Of a stretch of 64,000 nt of DNA, positions 11,001 to 26,700 are shown in pieces; the stretch's first letter is position 1; each line of letters begins with the position of its first letter. The DNA comes from Eledone cirrhosa (taxonomy: Eukaryota), in the NCBI GenBank assembly GCA_964016885.1, contig OZ024742.1, positions 164,300,001 to 164,364,000 on the forward strand, read 5' to 3'. Made by a program: the position numbers and the translations under genes. Under the pieces are notes generated by a model. That model saw only the letters and a program-made list of their open reading frames with translations. It did no database searches and was not told the origin of the DNA.

Positions 11001-14000
11001 GAAATTATCTCCCCTTGATTTTTTTTACAAATTATCTCCCCCTGATTTTTTTTTACAAATTATCTCCCCCTGATTTTTTTTTACGAAGTATCTCCCCCTG
11101 ATTTTTTTTTACAAATTATCTCCGCCTGATTTTTTTTAAAAAATTATCTCCCCTTGAACGGCTGGAAATTATCTCCCCTTGGACGGCTGGAAATTATCTC
11201 CCCTTGGACGGCTAGAAATTACCTCTCCTTGGACGGCTGAAAATTATCTCCCATTGGACGGCTGCAAATTATCTCCCCTTGATTTTTTAACAAATTATCT
11301 CCCCCTGATTTTTTTTTACAAATTATCTCCCCCTGATTTTTTTTTACAAATTATCTACGCCTAATTTTTTTTACAAATTATCTCCCCCTGATTTTTTTTT
11401 ACAAATTATCTCCCCCTGATTTTTTTTACAAATTATCTCCCCCTGATTTTTTTTTACAAATTATTTCCCCCTGATTTTTTTACAAATTATCTCCCCCCTG
11501 ATTTTTTTTACAATCTCCGCCTGATTTTTTTAAAAATTATCTTCCCTTGGCTGGCGGGAAATTATCTCCCCTTGGACGGCTGGAAATTATATCCCCTTGG
11601 AAGGATGGAAATTATCTCCCCTTGGACGGCTGGAAATTATCTCCCCTTGGACGGCTGGAAATTATCTCCCCTTGGACAGCTGGAAATTATCTGCCCTTGA
11701 TTTTGTTTTTACAAATTATCTCCCCCTGATTTTTTTTACAAATTATCTCCACCTGATTTTTTAAAAAATTATCTCCCCTTGGACGGCTGGAAATTATCTC
11801 CCCTTGATTTTTTTTACAAATTATCTCCCCCTGATTTTTTTTTACAAATTATCTCCCCCTGATTTTTTTTTACAAATTATCTCCCCCTGATTTTTTTTTA
11901 CAAATTATCTCACCCTGATTTTTTTTACAAATTATCTCTCCCTGATTTTTTTACAAATTATCTCCCCTTGGCTGGCTGGAAATTATCTCCCCTTGGAGGC
12001 TGGAATTTATCTCCCCTTGGACGGCTAGAAATTACCTCTCCTTGGACGGCTGGAAAATATGTCTCCTTGGACGGCTGGATATTATCTACCCTTGGACGGC
12101 TGGAAATTATCTCCCCTTGGACGGCTGGAAATTATCTCCTCTTGGACGGCTAGATATTACCTCCCCTTGGACGGCTGGAAATTATCTCCCCTTGATTTTT
12201 TTACAAATTATCTCCCCCTGATTTTTTTACAAATTATCTCCCCCTGATTTTTTTTACAAATTATCTCCGCCTAATTTTTTTAAATATTATCTTCCCTTGG
12301 CTGGCGGGAAATTATCTCCCCTTGGACGGCTGAAAATTATCTCCCCTTGGACGGCTGGAAATTATCTCCCCTTGATTTTTTTTACAAATTATCTCCCCCT
12401 GATTTTTTTTTACAAATTATCTCCCCCTGATTTTTTTTACAAATTATCTCCCCCTGATTTTTTTACAAATTATCTCCCCTTGGCTGGCTGGAAATTATCT
12501 CCCCTTGGAGGCTGGAATTTATCTCCCCTTGGACGGCTAGAAATTACCTCTCCTTGGAAGGCTGGAAAATATGTCCTTGGACGGCTGGATATTATCTACC
12601 CTTGGACAGCTGGAAATTATCTCCCCTTGGACGGCTGGAAATTATCTCCCCTTGGACGGCTAGATATTACCTCCCCTTGGACGGCTGGAAATTATCTCCA
12701 CTTGATTTTTTTTACAAATTATCTCCCCCTGATTTTTTTTTACAAATTATCTCCCCCTGATTTTTTTTTACAAATTATCTCCCCCTGATTTTTTTTTACA
12801 AATTATCTACCCCTGATTTTTTTTTACAAATTATCTCCCCCTGATTTTTTTTACAAATTATCTCCCCCTGATTTTTTTTTACAAATTATCTCCCCCTGAT
12901 TTTTTTTTACAAATTATCTACCCCTGATTTTTTTTACAAATTATCTCCCCCTGATTTTTTTTACAAATTATCTCCCCCTGATTTTGTTTACAAATTATCT
13001 CCCCCTGATTTTTTTACAAATTATCTCCCCCTCATTTTTTTTACAAATTATCTCCGCCTAATTTTTTTAAATATTATCTTCCCTTGGCTGGCGGGAAATT
13101 ATCTCCCCTTGGACGGCTGAAAATTATCTCCCCTTGGACGGCTGGAAATTATCTCCCCTTGATTTTTTTTACAAATTATCTCCCCCTGATTATTTTTTAC
13201 AAATTATCCCCTGATTTTTTTTTTACAAATTATCTCCCCCTGATTTTTTTTACAAATTATCTCCCCCTGATTTTTTTACAAATTATCTCCCCTTGGCTGG
13301 CTGGAAATTATCTCCCATTGGAGGCTGGAATTTATCTCCCCTTGGACGGTTAGAAATTACCTCCCCTTGGACGGCTGGAAAATATGTCTCCTTGGACGGC
13401 TGGAAATTATCGCCCCTTGGACGGCTGGAAATTATCTCCCCTTGGACGGCTGGAAATTATCTCTCATCAGACGGCTAGAAATTACCTCTCCTTGGACAGC
13501 TGAAAATTATCTCCCCTTGGACGGCTGGAAATTATCTCCCCTTGATTTTTTTTACAAATTATCTCCCCCTGATTTTTTTTTACAAATTATCTCCCCCTGA
13601 TTTTTTTTTACAAATTATCTCCCCCTGATATTTTTTACAAATTATCTCCCCCTGATTTTTTTACAAATTATCTCCCCTTGGCTGGCTGGAAATTATCTCC
13701 CCTTGGAGGCTGGAATTTATCTCCCCTTGGACGGCTAGAAATTACCTCGCCTTGGACGGCTGGAAAATATGTCTCCTTGGACGGCTGGAAATTATCTCCC
13801 CTTGGACGGCTGGAAATTATCTCCCCTTGGACGGCTGGAAATTATCTCCCCTTGGACGGCTAGATATTACCTCCCCTTGGACGGCTGGAAATTATCTCCC
13901 CTTGATTTTTTTTACAAATTATCTCCCCCTGATTTTTTTTTACAAATTATCTCCCCCTGATTTTTTTTTACGAATTATCTCCCCCCGATTTTTTTTTACA

Positions 14001-15844
14001 AATTATCTCCGCCTGATTTTTTTTTAAAAATTATCTCCCCTTGAACGGCTGGAAATTATCTCCCCTTGGACGGCTGGAAATTATCTCCCCTTGGACGGCT
14101 AGAAATTACCTCTCCTTGGACGGCTGAAAATTATCTCCCCTTGGACGGCTGCAAATTATCTCCCCCTGATTTTTTTTTACAAATTATCTCCCCCTGATTT
14201 TTTTACAAATTATCTCCCCCTGATTTTTTTTACAATCTCCGCCTGATTTTTTAAAAAATTATCTTCCCTTGGCTGGCGGGAAATTATCTCCCCTTGGACG
14301 GCTGGAAATTATCTCCCCTTGGACGGCTGGAAATTATCTCCCCTTGGACAGCTGGAAATTATCTGCCCTTGATTTTGTTTTTACAAATTATCTCCCCCTG
14401 ATTTTTTTTACAAATTATCTCCACCTGATTTTTTAAAAAATTATCTCCCCTTGGACGGCTGGAAATTATCTCCCCTTGATTTTTTTACAAATTATCTCCC
14501 CCTGATTTTTTTTACAAATTATCTCCCCCTGATTTTATGTTACAAATTATCTCCCCCTGATTTTTTTTACAAATTATCTCCCCCTGATTTTTTTTACAAA
14601 TTATCTCCGCCTGATTTTTTTAAATATTATCTTCCCTTGGCTGGCGGGAAATTATCTCCCCTTGGACGGCTGGAAATTATCTCCCCTTGATTTTTTTTAC
14701 AAATTATCTCCCCCTGATTTTTTTTTACAAATTATCTCCCCCTGATTTTTTTTTACAAATTATCTCCCCCTGATTTTTTTTTACAAATCTCCCCCTGATT
14801 TTTTTATAAATTATCTCCCCTTGGCTGGCTGGAAATTATCTCCCCTTGGAGGCTGGAATTTATCTCCCCTTGGACGGCTAGAAATTACCTCTCCTTGGAT
14901 GGCTGGAAAATATGTCTCCTTGGACGGCTGGATATTATCTACCCTTGGACGGCTGGAAATTATCTCCCCTTGGACGGCTGGAAATTATCTCCCCTTGGAC
15001 GGCTAGATATTACCTCCCATTGGACGGCTGGAAATTATCTCCCCTTGATTTTTTTTACAAATTATCTCCCCCTGATTTTTTTTTACGAATTATCTCCCCC
15101 TGATTTTTTTTTACAAATTATCTCCGCCTGATTTTTTTTTTTAAATTATCTCCCCTTGAACGGCTGGAAATTATCTCCCCTTGGACGGCTGGAAATTATC
15201 TCCCCTTGGACGGCTAGAAATTACCTCTCCTTGGACGGCTGAAAATTATCTCCCCTTGGACGGCTGCAAATTATCTCCCCTTGATTTTTTTAACAAATTA
15301 TCTCCCCCTGATTTTTTTTTACAAATTATCTCCCCCTGATTTTTTTTTTACAAATTATCTACGCCTAATTTTTTTTACAAATTATCTCCCCCTGATTTTT
15401 TTTTACAAATTATCTCCCCCTGATTTTTTTTACAAATTATCTCCCCCTGATTTTTTTTACAAATTATCTCCCCCTGATTTTTTTACAAATTATCTCCCCC
15501 CTGATTTTTTTTACAATCTCCGCCTGATTTTTTTAAAAATTATCTTCCCTTGGCTGGCGGGAAATTATCTCCCCTTGGACGGCTGGAAATTATATCCCCT
15601 TGGAAGGATGGAAATTATCTCCCCTTGGACGGCTGGAAATTATCTCCCCTTGGACGGCTGGAAATTACCTCCCCTTGGACAGCTGGAAATTATCTGCCCT
15701 TGATTGTGTTTTTACAAATTATCTCCCCCTGATTTTTTTTACAAATTATCTACACCTGATTTTTAAAAAAATTATCTCCCCTTGGACGGCTGGAAATTAT
15801 CTCCCCTTGATTTTTTTACAAATTATCTCCCCCTGATTTTTTTT
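8030..15844 (+). repeat. ~7.8-kb higher-order repeat copy I (contains a 2,073-bp dimer at about 8290-12440)
   Basis: 8335/16150, 9524/17339 and 10224/18039 differ by 7,815. Internal pairs 8335/10408 and 9895/11968 differ by 2,073. Confidence 0.9.
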
Positions 15845-18800
15845 ACAAATTATCTCCCCCTGATTTTTTTTACAAATTATCTCCCCCTGATTTTTTTACA
15901 AATTATCTCCCCCCGATTTTTTTTACAAATTATATCCGCCTAATTTTTTTAAATATTATCTATCCTTGGCTGGCGGGAAATTATCTCCCCTTGGACGGCT
16001 GAAAATGTTCTCCCCTTGGACGGCTGGAAATTATCTCCCCTTGATTTTTTTACAAATTATCTCCCCCTGATTATTTTTTACAAATTATCTCCCCCTGATT
16101 TTTTTTTACAAATTATCTCCCTCTGATTTTTTTTACAAATTATCTCCCCTTGGCTGGCTGGAAATTATCTCCCCTTGGAGGCTGGAATTTATCTCCCCTT
16201 GGACGGTTAGAAATTACCTCTCCTTGGACTGCTGGAAAATATGTCTCCTTGGACGGCTGGAAATTATCTCCCCTTGGACGGCTGGAAATTATCTCCCCTT
16301 GGACGGCTGGAAATTATCTCTCCTCGGACGACTAGAAATTACCTCTCCTTGGACAGCTGAAAATTATCTCCCCTTGGACGGCTGGAAATTATCTCCCCTT
16401 GATTTTTTTACAAATTATCTCCCCCTGATTTTTTTTTACAAATTATCTCCCCCTGATTTTTTTTACAAATTATCTCCCCCTGATATTTTTTACAAATTAT
16501 CTCCCCCTGATTTTTTTACAAATTATCTCCCCTTGGCTGGCTGGAAATTATCTACCCTTGGAGGCTGGAATTTATCTCCCCTTGGACGGCTAGAAATTAC
16601 CTCGCCTTGGACGGCTGGAAAATATGTCTCCTTGGACGGCTGGAAATTATCTCCCCTTGGACGGCTGGAAATTATCTCCCCTTGGACGGCTGGAAATTAT
16701 CTCCCCTTGGACGGCTAGATATTACCTCCCCTTGGACGGCTGGAAATTATCTCCCCTTGATTTTTTTTACAAATTATCTCCCCCTGATTTTTTTTTACAA
16801 ATTATCTCCCCCTGATTTTTTTTTACGAAGTATCTCCCCCTGATTTTTTTTTACAAATTATCTCCGCCTGATTTTTTTTAAAAAATTATCTCCCCTTGAA
16901 CGGCTGGAAATTATCTCCCCTTGGACGGCTGGAAATTATCTCCCCTTGGACGGCTAGAAATTACCTCTCCTTGGACGGCTGAAAATTATCTCCCATTGGA
17001 CGGCTGCAAATTATCTCCCCTTGATTTTTTAACAAATTATCTCCCCCTGATTTTTTTTTACAAATTATCTCCCCCTGATTTTTTTTTACAAATTATCTAC
17101 GCCTAATTTTTTTTACAAATTATCTCCCCCTGATTTTTTTTTACAAATTATCTCCCCCTGATTTTTTTTACAAATTATCTCCCCCTGATTTTTTTTTACA
17201 AATTATTTCCCCCTGATTTTTTTACAAATTATCTCCCCCCTGATTTTTTTTACAATCTCCGCCTGATTTTTTTAAAAATTATCTTCCCTTGGCTGGCGGG
17301 AAATTATCTCCCCTTGGACGGCTGGAAATTATATCCCCTTGGAAGGATGGAAATTATCTCCCCTTGGACGGCTGGAAATTATCTCCCCTTGGACGGCTGG
17401 AAATTATCTCCCCTTGGACAGCTGGAAATTATCTGCCCTTGATTTTGTTTTTACAAATTATCTCCCCCTGATTTTTTTTACAAATTATCTCCACCTGATT
17501 TTTAAAAAAATTATCTCCCCTTGGACGGCTGGAAATTATCTCCCCTTGATTTTTTTTACAAATTATCTCCCCCTGATTTTTTTTTACAAATTATCTCCCC
17601 CTGATTTTTTTTTACAAATTATCTCCCCCTGATTTTTTTTTACAAATTATCTCACCCTGATTTTTTTTACAAATTATCTCTCCCTGATTTTTTTACAAAT
17701 TATCTCCCCTTGGCTGGCTGGAAATTATCTCCCCTTGGAGGCTGGAATTTATCTCCCCTTGGACGGCTAGAAATTACCTCTCCTTGGACGGCTGGAAAAT
17801 ATGTCTCCTTGGACGGCTGGATATTATCTACCCTTGGACGGCTGGAAATTATCTCCCCTTGGACGGCTGGAAATTATCTCCTCTTGGACGGCTAGATATT
17901 ACCTCCCCTTGGACGGCTGGAAATTATCTCCCCTTGATTTTTTTACAAATTATCTCCCCCTGATTTTTTTACAAATTATCTCCCCCTGATTTTTTTTACA
18001 AATTATCTCCGCCTAATTTTTTTAAATATTATCTTCCCTTGGCTGGCGGGAAATTATCTCCCCTTGGACGGCTGAAAATTATCTCCCCTTGGACGGCTGG
18101 AAATTATCTCCCCTTGATTTTTTTTACAAATTATCTCCCCCTGATTTTTTTTTACAAATTATCTCCCCCTGATTTTTTTTACAAATTATCTCCCTCTGAT
18201 TTTTTTTACAAATTATCTCCCCTTGGCTGGCTGGAAATTATCTCCCCTTGGAGGCTGGAATTTATCTCCCCTTGGACGGTTAGAAATTACCTCTCCTTGG
18301 ACTGCTGGAAAATATGTCTCCTTGGACGGCTGGAAATTATCTCCCCTTGGACGGCTGGAAATTATCTCCCCTTGGACGGCTGGAAATTATCTCTCCTCGG
18401 ACGACTAGAAATTACCTCTCCTTGGACAGCTGAAAATTATCTCCCCTTGGACGGCTGGAAATTATCTCCCCTTGATTTTTTTACAAATTATCTCCCCCTG
18501 ATTTTTTTTTACAAATTATCTCCCCCTGATTTTTTTTACAAATTATCTCCCCCTGATATTTTTTACAAATTATCTCCCCCTGATTTTTTTACAAATTATC
18601 TCCCCTTGGCTGGCTGGAAATTATCTACCCTTGGAGGCTGGAATTTATCTCCCCTTGGACGGCTAGAAATTACCTCGCCTTGGACGGCTGGAAAATATGT
18701 CTCCTTGGACGGCTGGAAATTATCTCCCCTTGGACGGCTGGAAATTATCTCCCCTTGGACGGCTGGAAATTATCTCCCCTTGGACGGCTAGATATTACCT

Positions 18801-21800
18801 CCCCTTGGACGGCTGGAAATTATCTCCCCTTGATTTTTTTTACAAATTATCTCCCCCTGATTTTTTTTTACAAATTATCTCCCCCTGATTTTTTTTTACG
18901 AAGTATCTCCCCCTGATTTTTTTTTACAAATTATCTCCGCCTGATTTTTTTAAAAAATTATCTCCCCTTGAACGGCTGGAAATTATCTCCCCTTGGACGG
19001 CTGGAAATTATCTCCCCTTGGACGGCTAGAAATTACCTCTCCTTGGACGGCTGAAAATTATCTCCCATTGGACGGCTGCAAATTATCTCCCCTTGATTTT
19101 TTAACAAATTATCTCCCCCTGATTTTTTTTTACAAATTATCTCCCCCTGATTTTTTTTTACAAATTATCTACGCCTAATTTTTTTTACAAATTATCTCCC
19201 CCTGATTTTTTTTTACAAATTATCTCCCCCTGATTTTTTTTACAAATTATCTCCCCCTGATTTTTTTTTACAAATTATTTCCCCCTGATTTTTTTACAAA
19301 TTATCTCCCCCCTGATTTTTTTTACAATCTCCGCCTGATTTTTTTAAAAATTATCTTCCCTTGGCTGGCGGGAAATTATCTCCCCTTGGACGGCTGGAAA
19401 TTATATCCCCTTGGAAGGATGGAAATTATCTCCCCTTGGACGGCTGGAAATTATCTCCCCTTGGACGGCTGGAAATTATCTCCCCTTGGACAGCTGGAAA
19501 TTATCTGCCCTTGATTTTGTTTTTACAAATTATCTCCCCCTGATTTTTTTTACAAATTATCTCCACCTGATTTTTTAAAAAATTATCTCCCCTTGGACGG
19601 CTGGAAATTATCTCCCCTTGATTTTTTTTACAAATTATCTCCCCCTGATTTTTTTTTACAAATTATCTCCCCCTGATTTTTTTTTACAAATTATCTCCCC
19701 CTGATTTTTTTTTACAAATTATCTCACCCTGATTTTTTTTACAAATTATCTCTCCCTGATTTTTTTACAAATTATCTCCCCTTGGCTGGCTGGAAATTAT
19801 CTCCCCTTGGAGGCTGGAATTTATCTCCCCTTGGACGGCTAGAAATTACCTCTCCTTGGACGGCTGGAAAATATGTCTCCTTGGACGGCTGGATATTATC
19901 TACCCTTGGACGGCTGGAAATTATCTCCCCTTGGACGGCTGGAAATTATCTCCTCTTGGACGGCTAGATATTACCTCCCCTTGGACGGCTGGAAATTATC
20001 TCCCCTTGATTTTTTTACAAATTATCTCCCCCTGATTTTTTTACAAATTATCTCCCCCTGATTTTTTTTACAAATTATCTCCGCCTAATTTTTTTAAATA
20101 TTATCTTCCCTTGGCTGGCGGGAAATTATCTCCCCTTGGACGGCTGAAAATTATCTCCCCTTGGACGGCTGGAAATTATCTCCCCTTGATTTTTTTTACA
20201 AATTATCTCCCCCTGATTTTTTTTTACAAATTATCTCCCCCTGATTTTTTTTACAAATTATCTCCCCCTGATTTTTTTACAAATTATCTCCCCTTGGCTG
20301 GCTGGAAATTATCTCCCCTTGGAGGCTGGAATTTATCTCCCCTTGGACGGCTAGAAATTACCTCTCCTTGGAAGGCTGGAAAATATGTCCTTGGACGGCT
20401 GGATATTATCTACCCTTGGACGGCTGGAAATTATCTCCCCTTGGACGGCTGGAAATTATCTCCCCTTGGACGGCTAGATATTACCTCCCCTTGGACGGCT
20501 GGAAATTATCTCCACTTGATTTTTTTTACAAATTATCTCCCCCTGATTTTTTTTTACAAATTATCTCCCCCTGATTTTTTTTTACAAATTATCTCCCCCT
20601 GATTTTTTTTTACAAATTATCTACCCCTGATTTTTTTTTACAAATTATCTCCCCCTGATTTTTTTTACAAATTATCTCCCCCTGATTTTTTTTTACAAAT
20701 TATCTCCCCCTGATTTTTTTTTACAAATTATCTACCCCTGATTTTTTTTACAAATTATCTCCCCCTGATTTTTTTTACAAATTATCTCCCCCTGATTTTG
20801 TTTACAAATTATCTCCCCCTGATTTTTTTACAAATTATCTCCCCCTCATTTTTTTTACAAATTATCTCCGCCTAATTTTTTTAAATATTATCTTCCCTTG
20901 GCTGGCGGGAAATTATCTCCCCTTGGACGGCTGAAAATTATCTCCCCTTGGACGGCTGGAAATTATCTCCCCTTGATTTTTTTTACAAATTATCTCCCCC
21001 TGATTATTTTTTACAAATTATCCCCTGATTTTTTTTTTACAAATTATCTCCCCCTGATTTTTTTTACAAATTATCTCCCCCTGATTTTTTTACAAATTAT
21101 CTCCCCTTGGCTGGCTGGAAATTATCTCCCATTGGAGGCTGGAATTTATCTCCCCTTGGACGGTTAGAAATTACCTCCCCTTGGACGGCTGGAAAATATG
21201 TCTCCTTGGACGGCTGGAAATTATCGCCCCTTGGACGGCTGGAAATTATCTCCCCTTGGACGGCTGGAAATTATCTCTCATCAGACGGCTAGAAATTACC
21301 TCTCCTTGGACAGCTGAAAATTATCTCCCCTTGGACGGCTGGAAATTATCTCCCCTTGATTTTTTTTACAAATTATCTCCCCCTGATTTTTTTTTACAAA
21401 TTATCTCCCCCTGATTTTTTTTTACAAATTATCTCCCCCTGATTTTTTTTTACAAATTATCTCCCCCTGATATTTTTTACAAATTATCTCCCCCTGATTT
21501 TTTTACAAATTATCTCCCCTTGGCTGGCTGGAAATTATCTCCCCTTGGAGGCTGGAATTTATCTCCCCTTGGACGGCTAGAAATTACCTCGCCTTGGACG
21601 GCTGGAAAATATGTCTCCTTGGACGGCTGGAAATTATCTCCCCTTGGACGGCTGGAAATTATCTCCCCTTGGACGGCTGGAAATTATCTCCCCTTGGACG
21701 GCTAGATATTACCTCCCCTTGGACGGCTGGAAATTATCTCCCCTTGATTTTTTTTACAAATTATCTCCCCCTGATTTTTTTTTACAAATTATCTCCCCCT

Positions 21801-23700
21801 GATTTTTTTTTACGAATTATCTCCCCCCGATTTTTTTTTACAAATTATCTCCGCCTGATTTTTTTTTAAAAATTATCTCCCCTTGAACGGCTGGAAATTA
21901 TCTCCCCTTGGACGGCTGGAAATTATCTCCCCTTGGACGGCTAGAAATTACCTCTCCTTGGACGGCTGAAAATTATCTCCCCTTGGACGGCTGCAAATTA
22001 TCTCCCCTTGATTTTTTAACAAATTATCTCCCCCTGATTTTTTTTTACAAATTATCTCCCCCTGATTTTTTTTTACAAATTATCTCCCCCTGATTTTTTT
22101 TTACAAATTATCTCCCCCTGATTTTTTTACAAATTATCTCCCCCTGATTTTTTTTACAATCTCCGCCTGATTTTTTAAAAAATTATCTTCCCTTGGCTGG
22201 CGGGAAATTATCTCCCCTTGGACGGCTGGAAATTATCTCCCCTTGGACGGCTGGAAATTATCTCCCCTTGGACAGCTGGAAATTATCTGCCCTTGATTTT
22301 GTTTTTACAAATTATCTCCCCCTGATTTTTTTTACAAATTATCTCCACCTGATTTTTTAAAAAATTATCTCCCCTTGGACGGCTGGAAATTATCTCCCCT
22401 TGATTTTTTTACAAATTATCTCCCCCTGATTTTTTTTACAAATTATCTCCCCCTGATTTTATGTTACAAATTATCTCCCCCTGATTTTTTTTACAAATTA
22501 TCTCCCCCTGATTTTTTTTACAAATTATCTCCGCCTGATTTTTTTAAATATTATCTTCCCTTGGCTGGCGGGAAATTATCTCCCCTTGGACGGCTGGAAA
22601 TTATCTCCCCTTGATTTTTTTTACAAATTATCTCCCCCTGATTTTTTTTTACAAATTATCTCCCCCTGATTTTTTTTTACAAATTATCTCCCCCTGATTT
22701 TTTTTTACAAATCTCCCCCTGATTTTTTTATAAATTATCTCCCCTTGGCTGGCTGGAAATTATCTCCCCTTGGAGGCTGGAATTTATCTCCCCTTGGACG
22801 GCTAGAAATTACCTCTCCTTGGATGGCTGGAAAATATGTCTCCTTGGACGGCTGGATATTATCTACCCTTGGACGGCTGGAAATTATCTCCCCTTGGACG
22901 GCTGGAAATTATCTCCCCTTGGACGGCTAGATATTACCTCCCATTGGACGGCTGGAAATTATCTCCCCTTGATTTTTTTTACAAATTATCTCCCCCTGAT
23001 TTTTTTTTACGAATTATCTCCCCCTGATTTTTTTTTACAAATTATCTCCGCCTGATTTTTTTTTTTAAATTATCTCCCCTTGAACGGCTGGAAATTATCT
23101 CCCCTTGGACGGCTGGAAATTATCTCCCCTTGGACGGCTAGAAATTACCTCTCCTTGGACGGCTGAAAATTATCTCCCCTTGGACGGCTGCAAATTATCT
23201 CCCCTTGATTTTTTTAACAAATTATCTCCCCCTGATTTTTTTTTACAAATTATCTCCCCCTGATTTTTTTTTTACAAATTATCTACGCCTAATTTTTTTT
23301 ACAAATTATCTCCCCCTGATTTTTTTTTACAAATTATCTCCCCCTGATTTTTTTTACAAATTATCTCCCCCTGATTTTTTTTACAAATTATCTCCCCCTG
23401 ATTTTTTTACAAATTATCTCCCCCCTGATTTTTTTTACAATCTCCGCCTGATTTTTTTAAAAATTATCTTCCCTTGGCTGGCGGGAAATTATCTCCCCTT
23501 GGACGGCTGGAAATTATATCCCCTTGGAAGGATGGAAATTATCTCCCCTTGGACGGCTGGAAATTATCTCCCCTTGGACGGCTGGAAATTACCTCCCCTT
23601 GGACAGCTGGAAATTATCTGCCCTTGATTTTGTTTTTACAAATTATCTCCCCCTGATTTTTTTTACAAATTATCTCCACCTGATTTTTTAAAAAATTATC
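15845..23700 (+). repeat. ~7.9-kb higher-order repeat copy II, tandem to copy I (contains a 2,073/2,072-bp dimer at about 16105-20250)
   Basis: The offset to copy I drifts 7,815 to 7,814 to 7,842 to 7,924 through a 1-bp T loss and gains of 28 and 82 bp (whole B monomers): 13678/21520, 14451/22375, 15550/23474. Confidence 0.9.
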
Positions 23701-26700
23701 TCCCCTTGGACGGCTGGAAATTATCTCCCCTTGATTTTTTTACAAATTATCTCCCCCTGATTTTTTTTACAAATTATCTCCCCCTGATTTTTTTTTACAA
23801 ATTATCTCCCCCTGATTTTTTTTACAAATTATCTCCGCCTGATTTTTTTAAATATTATCTTCCCTTGGCTGGCGGGAAATTATCTCCCCTTGGACGGCTG
23901 AAAATTATCTCCCCTTGGACGGCTGGAAATTATCTCCCCTTGATTTTTTTTACAAATTATCTCCCCCTGATTTTTTTTTACAAATTATCTCCCCCTGATT
24001 TTTTTTTACAAATTATCTTCCCCTGATTTTTTTTTACAAATTATCTGCCCCTGATTTTTTTTACAAATTATCTCCCCCTGATTTTTTTACAAATTATCTC
24101 CCCTTGGCTGGCTGGAAATTATCTCCCCTTGGAGGCTGGAATTTATCTCCCCTTGGACGGCTAGAAATTACCTCTCCTTGGACGGCTGGAAAATATTTCT
24201 CCTTGGACGGCTGGATATTATCTACCCTTGGACGGGTGGAAATTATCTCCCCTTGGACGGCTGGAAATTATCTCCCCTTGGACGGCTAGATATTACCTCC
24301 CCTTGGACGGCTGGAAATTATCTCCCCTTGATTTTTTTTACAAATTATCTCCCCCTGATTTTTTTTACAAATTATCTCCACCTGATTTTTTTTACAAATT
24401 ATCTCCCCCTGATTTTTTTTACAAATTATCTCCCCCTGATTTTTTTTTTACAAATTATCTCCCCCTGATTTTTTTACAAATTATCTCCCCCTGATTTTTT
24501 TTACAAATTATCTCCGCCTGATTTTTTTAAATATTATCTTCCCTTGGCTGGCGGGAAATTATCTCCCCTTGGACGGCTGAAAATTATCTCCCCTTGGACG
24601 GCTGGAAATTATCTCCCCTTGATTTTTTTTACAAATTATCTCCCCCTGATTATTTTTTACAAATTATCTTTCCCTGATTTTTTTTACAAATTATCTCCCC
24701 CTGATTTTTTTTACAAATTATCTCCCCCTGATTTTTTTACAAATTATCTCCCCTTGGCTGGCTGGAAATTATCTCCCCTTGGAGGCTGGAATTTATCTCC
24801 CCTTGGACGGCTGGAAATTATCTCTCCTTGGACGGCTAGTAATTACCTCTCCTTGGACGGCTGGAAAATATGTCTCTTTGGAGGGCTGGAAATTATCTCC
24901 CCTTGGACGGCTGGAAATTATCTCCCCTTGGACGGCTGGAAATTATCTCTCCTTGGACGGCTAGAAATTACCTCTCCTTGGACGGCTGAAAATTATCTCT
25001 CCTTGGACGGCTGGAAATTATCTCCCCTTGGACGGCTAGATATTACCTCCCCTTGGACGGCTGGAAATTATCTCCCCTTGATTTTTTTTACAAATTATCT
25101 CCCCCTGATTTTTTTTACAAATTATCTCCACCTGATTTTTTTACAAATTATCTCCCCCTGATTTTTTTTACAAATTATCTCCGCCTAATTTTTTTAAATA
25201 TTATCTTCCCTTGGCTGGCGGGAAATTATCTCCCCTTGGACGGCTGAAAATTATCTCCCCTTGGACGGCTGGAAATTATCTCCCCTTGATTTTTTTTACA
25301 AATTATATCCCCCTGATTTTTTTTACAAATTATCTCCCCCTGATTTTTTTTTACAAATTATCTCCCCCTGATTTTTTTTTACAAATTATCTCCCCCTGAT
25401 GTTTTTTACAAATTATCTCCCTTTGGCTGGCTGGAAATTATCTCCCCTTGGAGGCTGGAATTTATCTCCCCTTGGACGGCTAGAAATTACCTCGCCTTGG
25501 ACGGCTGGAAAATATGTCTCCTTGGACGGCTGGAAATTATCTCCCCTTGGACGGCTGGAAATTATCTCCCCTTGGACGGCTGGAAATTATCTCCCATTGG
25601 ACGGCTAGATATTACCTCCCCTTGGACGGCTGGAAATTATCTCCCCTTGATTTTTTTTACAAATTATCTCCCCCTGATTTTTTTTTACAAATTATCTCCC
25701 CCTGATTTTTTTTACAAATTATCTCCCCCTGATTTTTTTACAAATTATCTCCCCCCGATTTTTTTTACAAATTATATCCGCCTAATTTTTTTAAATATTA
25801 TCTTCCCTTGGCTGGCGGGAAATTATCTCCCCTTGGACGGCTGAAAATTATCTCCCCTTGGACGGCTGGAAATTATCTCCCCTTGATTTTTTTACAAATT
25901 ATCTCCCCCTGATTATTTTTTACAAATTATCTCCCCCTGATTTTTTTTTACAAATTATCTCCCTCTGATTTTTTTTACAAATTATCTCCCCTTGGACGGT
26001 TAGAAATTACCTCTCCTTGGACTGCTGGAAAATATGTCTCCTTGGACGGCTGGAAATTATCTCCCCTTGGACGGCTGGAAATTATCTCCCCTTGGACGGC
26101 TGGAAATTATCTCTCCTCGGACGACTAGAAATTACCTCTCCTTGGACAGCTGAAAATTATCTCCCCTTGGACGGCTGGAAATTATCTCCCCTTGATTTTT
26201 TTTACAAATTATCTCCCCCTGATTTTTTTTTACAAATTATCTCCCCCTGATTTTTTTTTACAAATTATCTCCCCATGATTTTTTTTACAAATTATCTCCC
26301 CCTGATATTTTTTACAAATTATCTCCCCCTGATTTTTTTACAAATTATCTCCCCTTGGCTGGCTGGAAATTATCTCCCCTTGGAGGCTGGAATTTATCTC
26401 CCCTTGGACGGCTAGAAATTACCTCGCCTTGGACGGCTGGAAAATATGTCTCCTTGGACGGCTGGAAATTATCTCCCCTTGGACGGCTGGAAATTATCTC
26501 CCCTTGGACGGCTGGAAATTATCTCCCCTTGGACGGCTAGATATTACCTCCCCTTGGACGGCTGGAAATTATCTCCCCTTGATTTTTTTTACAATTTATC
26601 TCCCCCTGATTTTTTTTTACAAATTATCTACCCTTGAACGGCTGGAAATTATCTCCCCTTGGACGGCTGGAAATTATCTCCCCTTGGACGGCTAGAAATT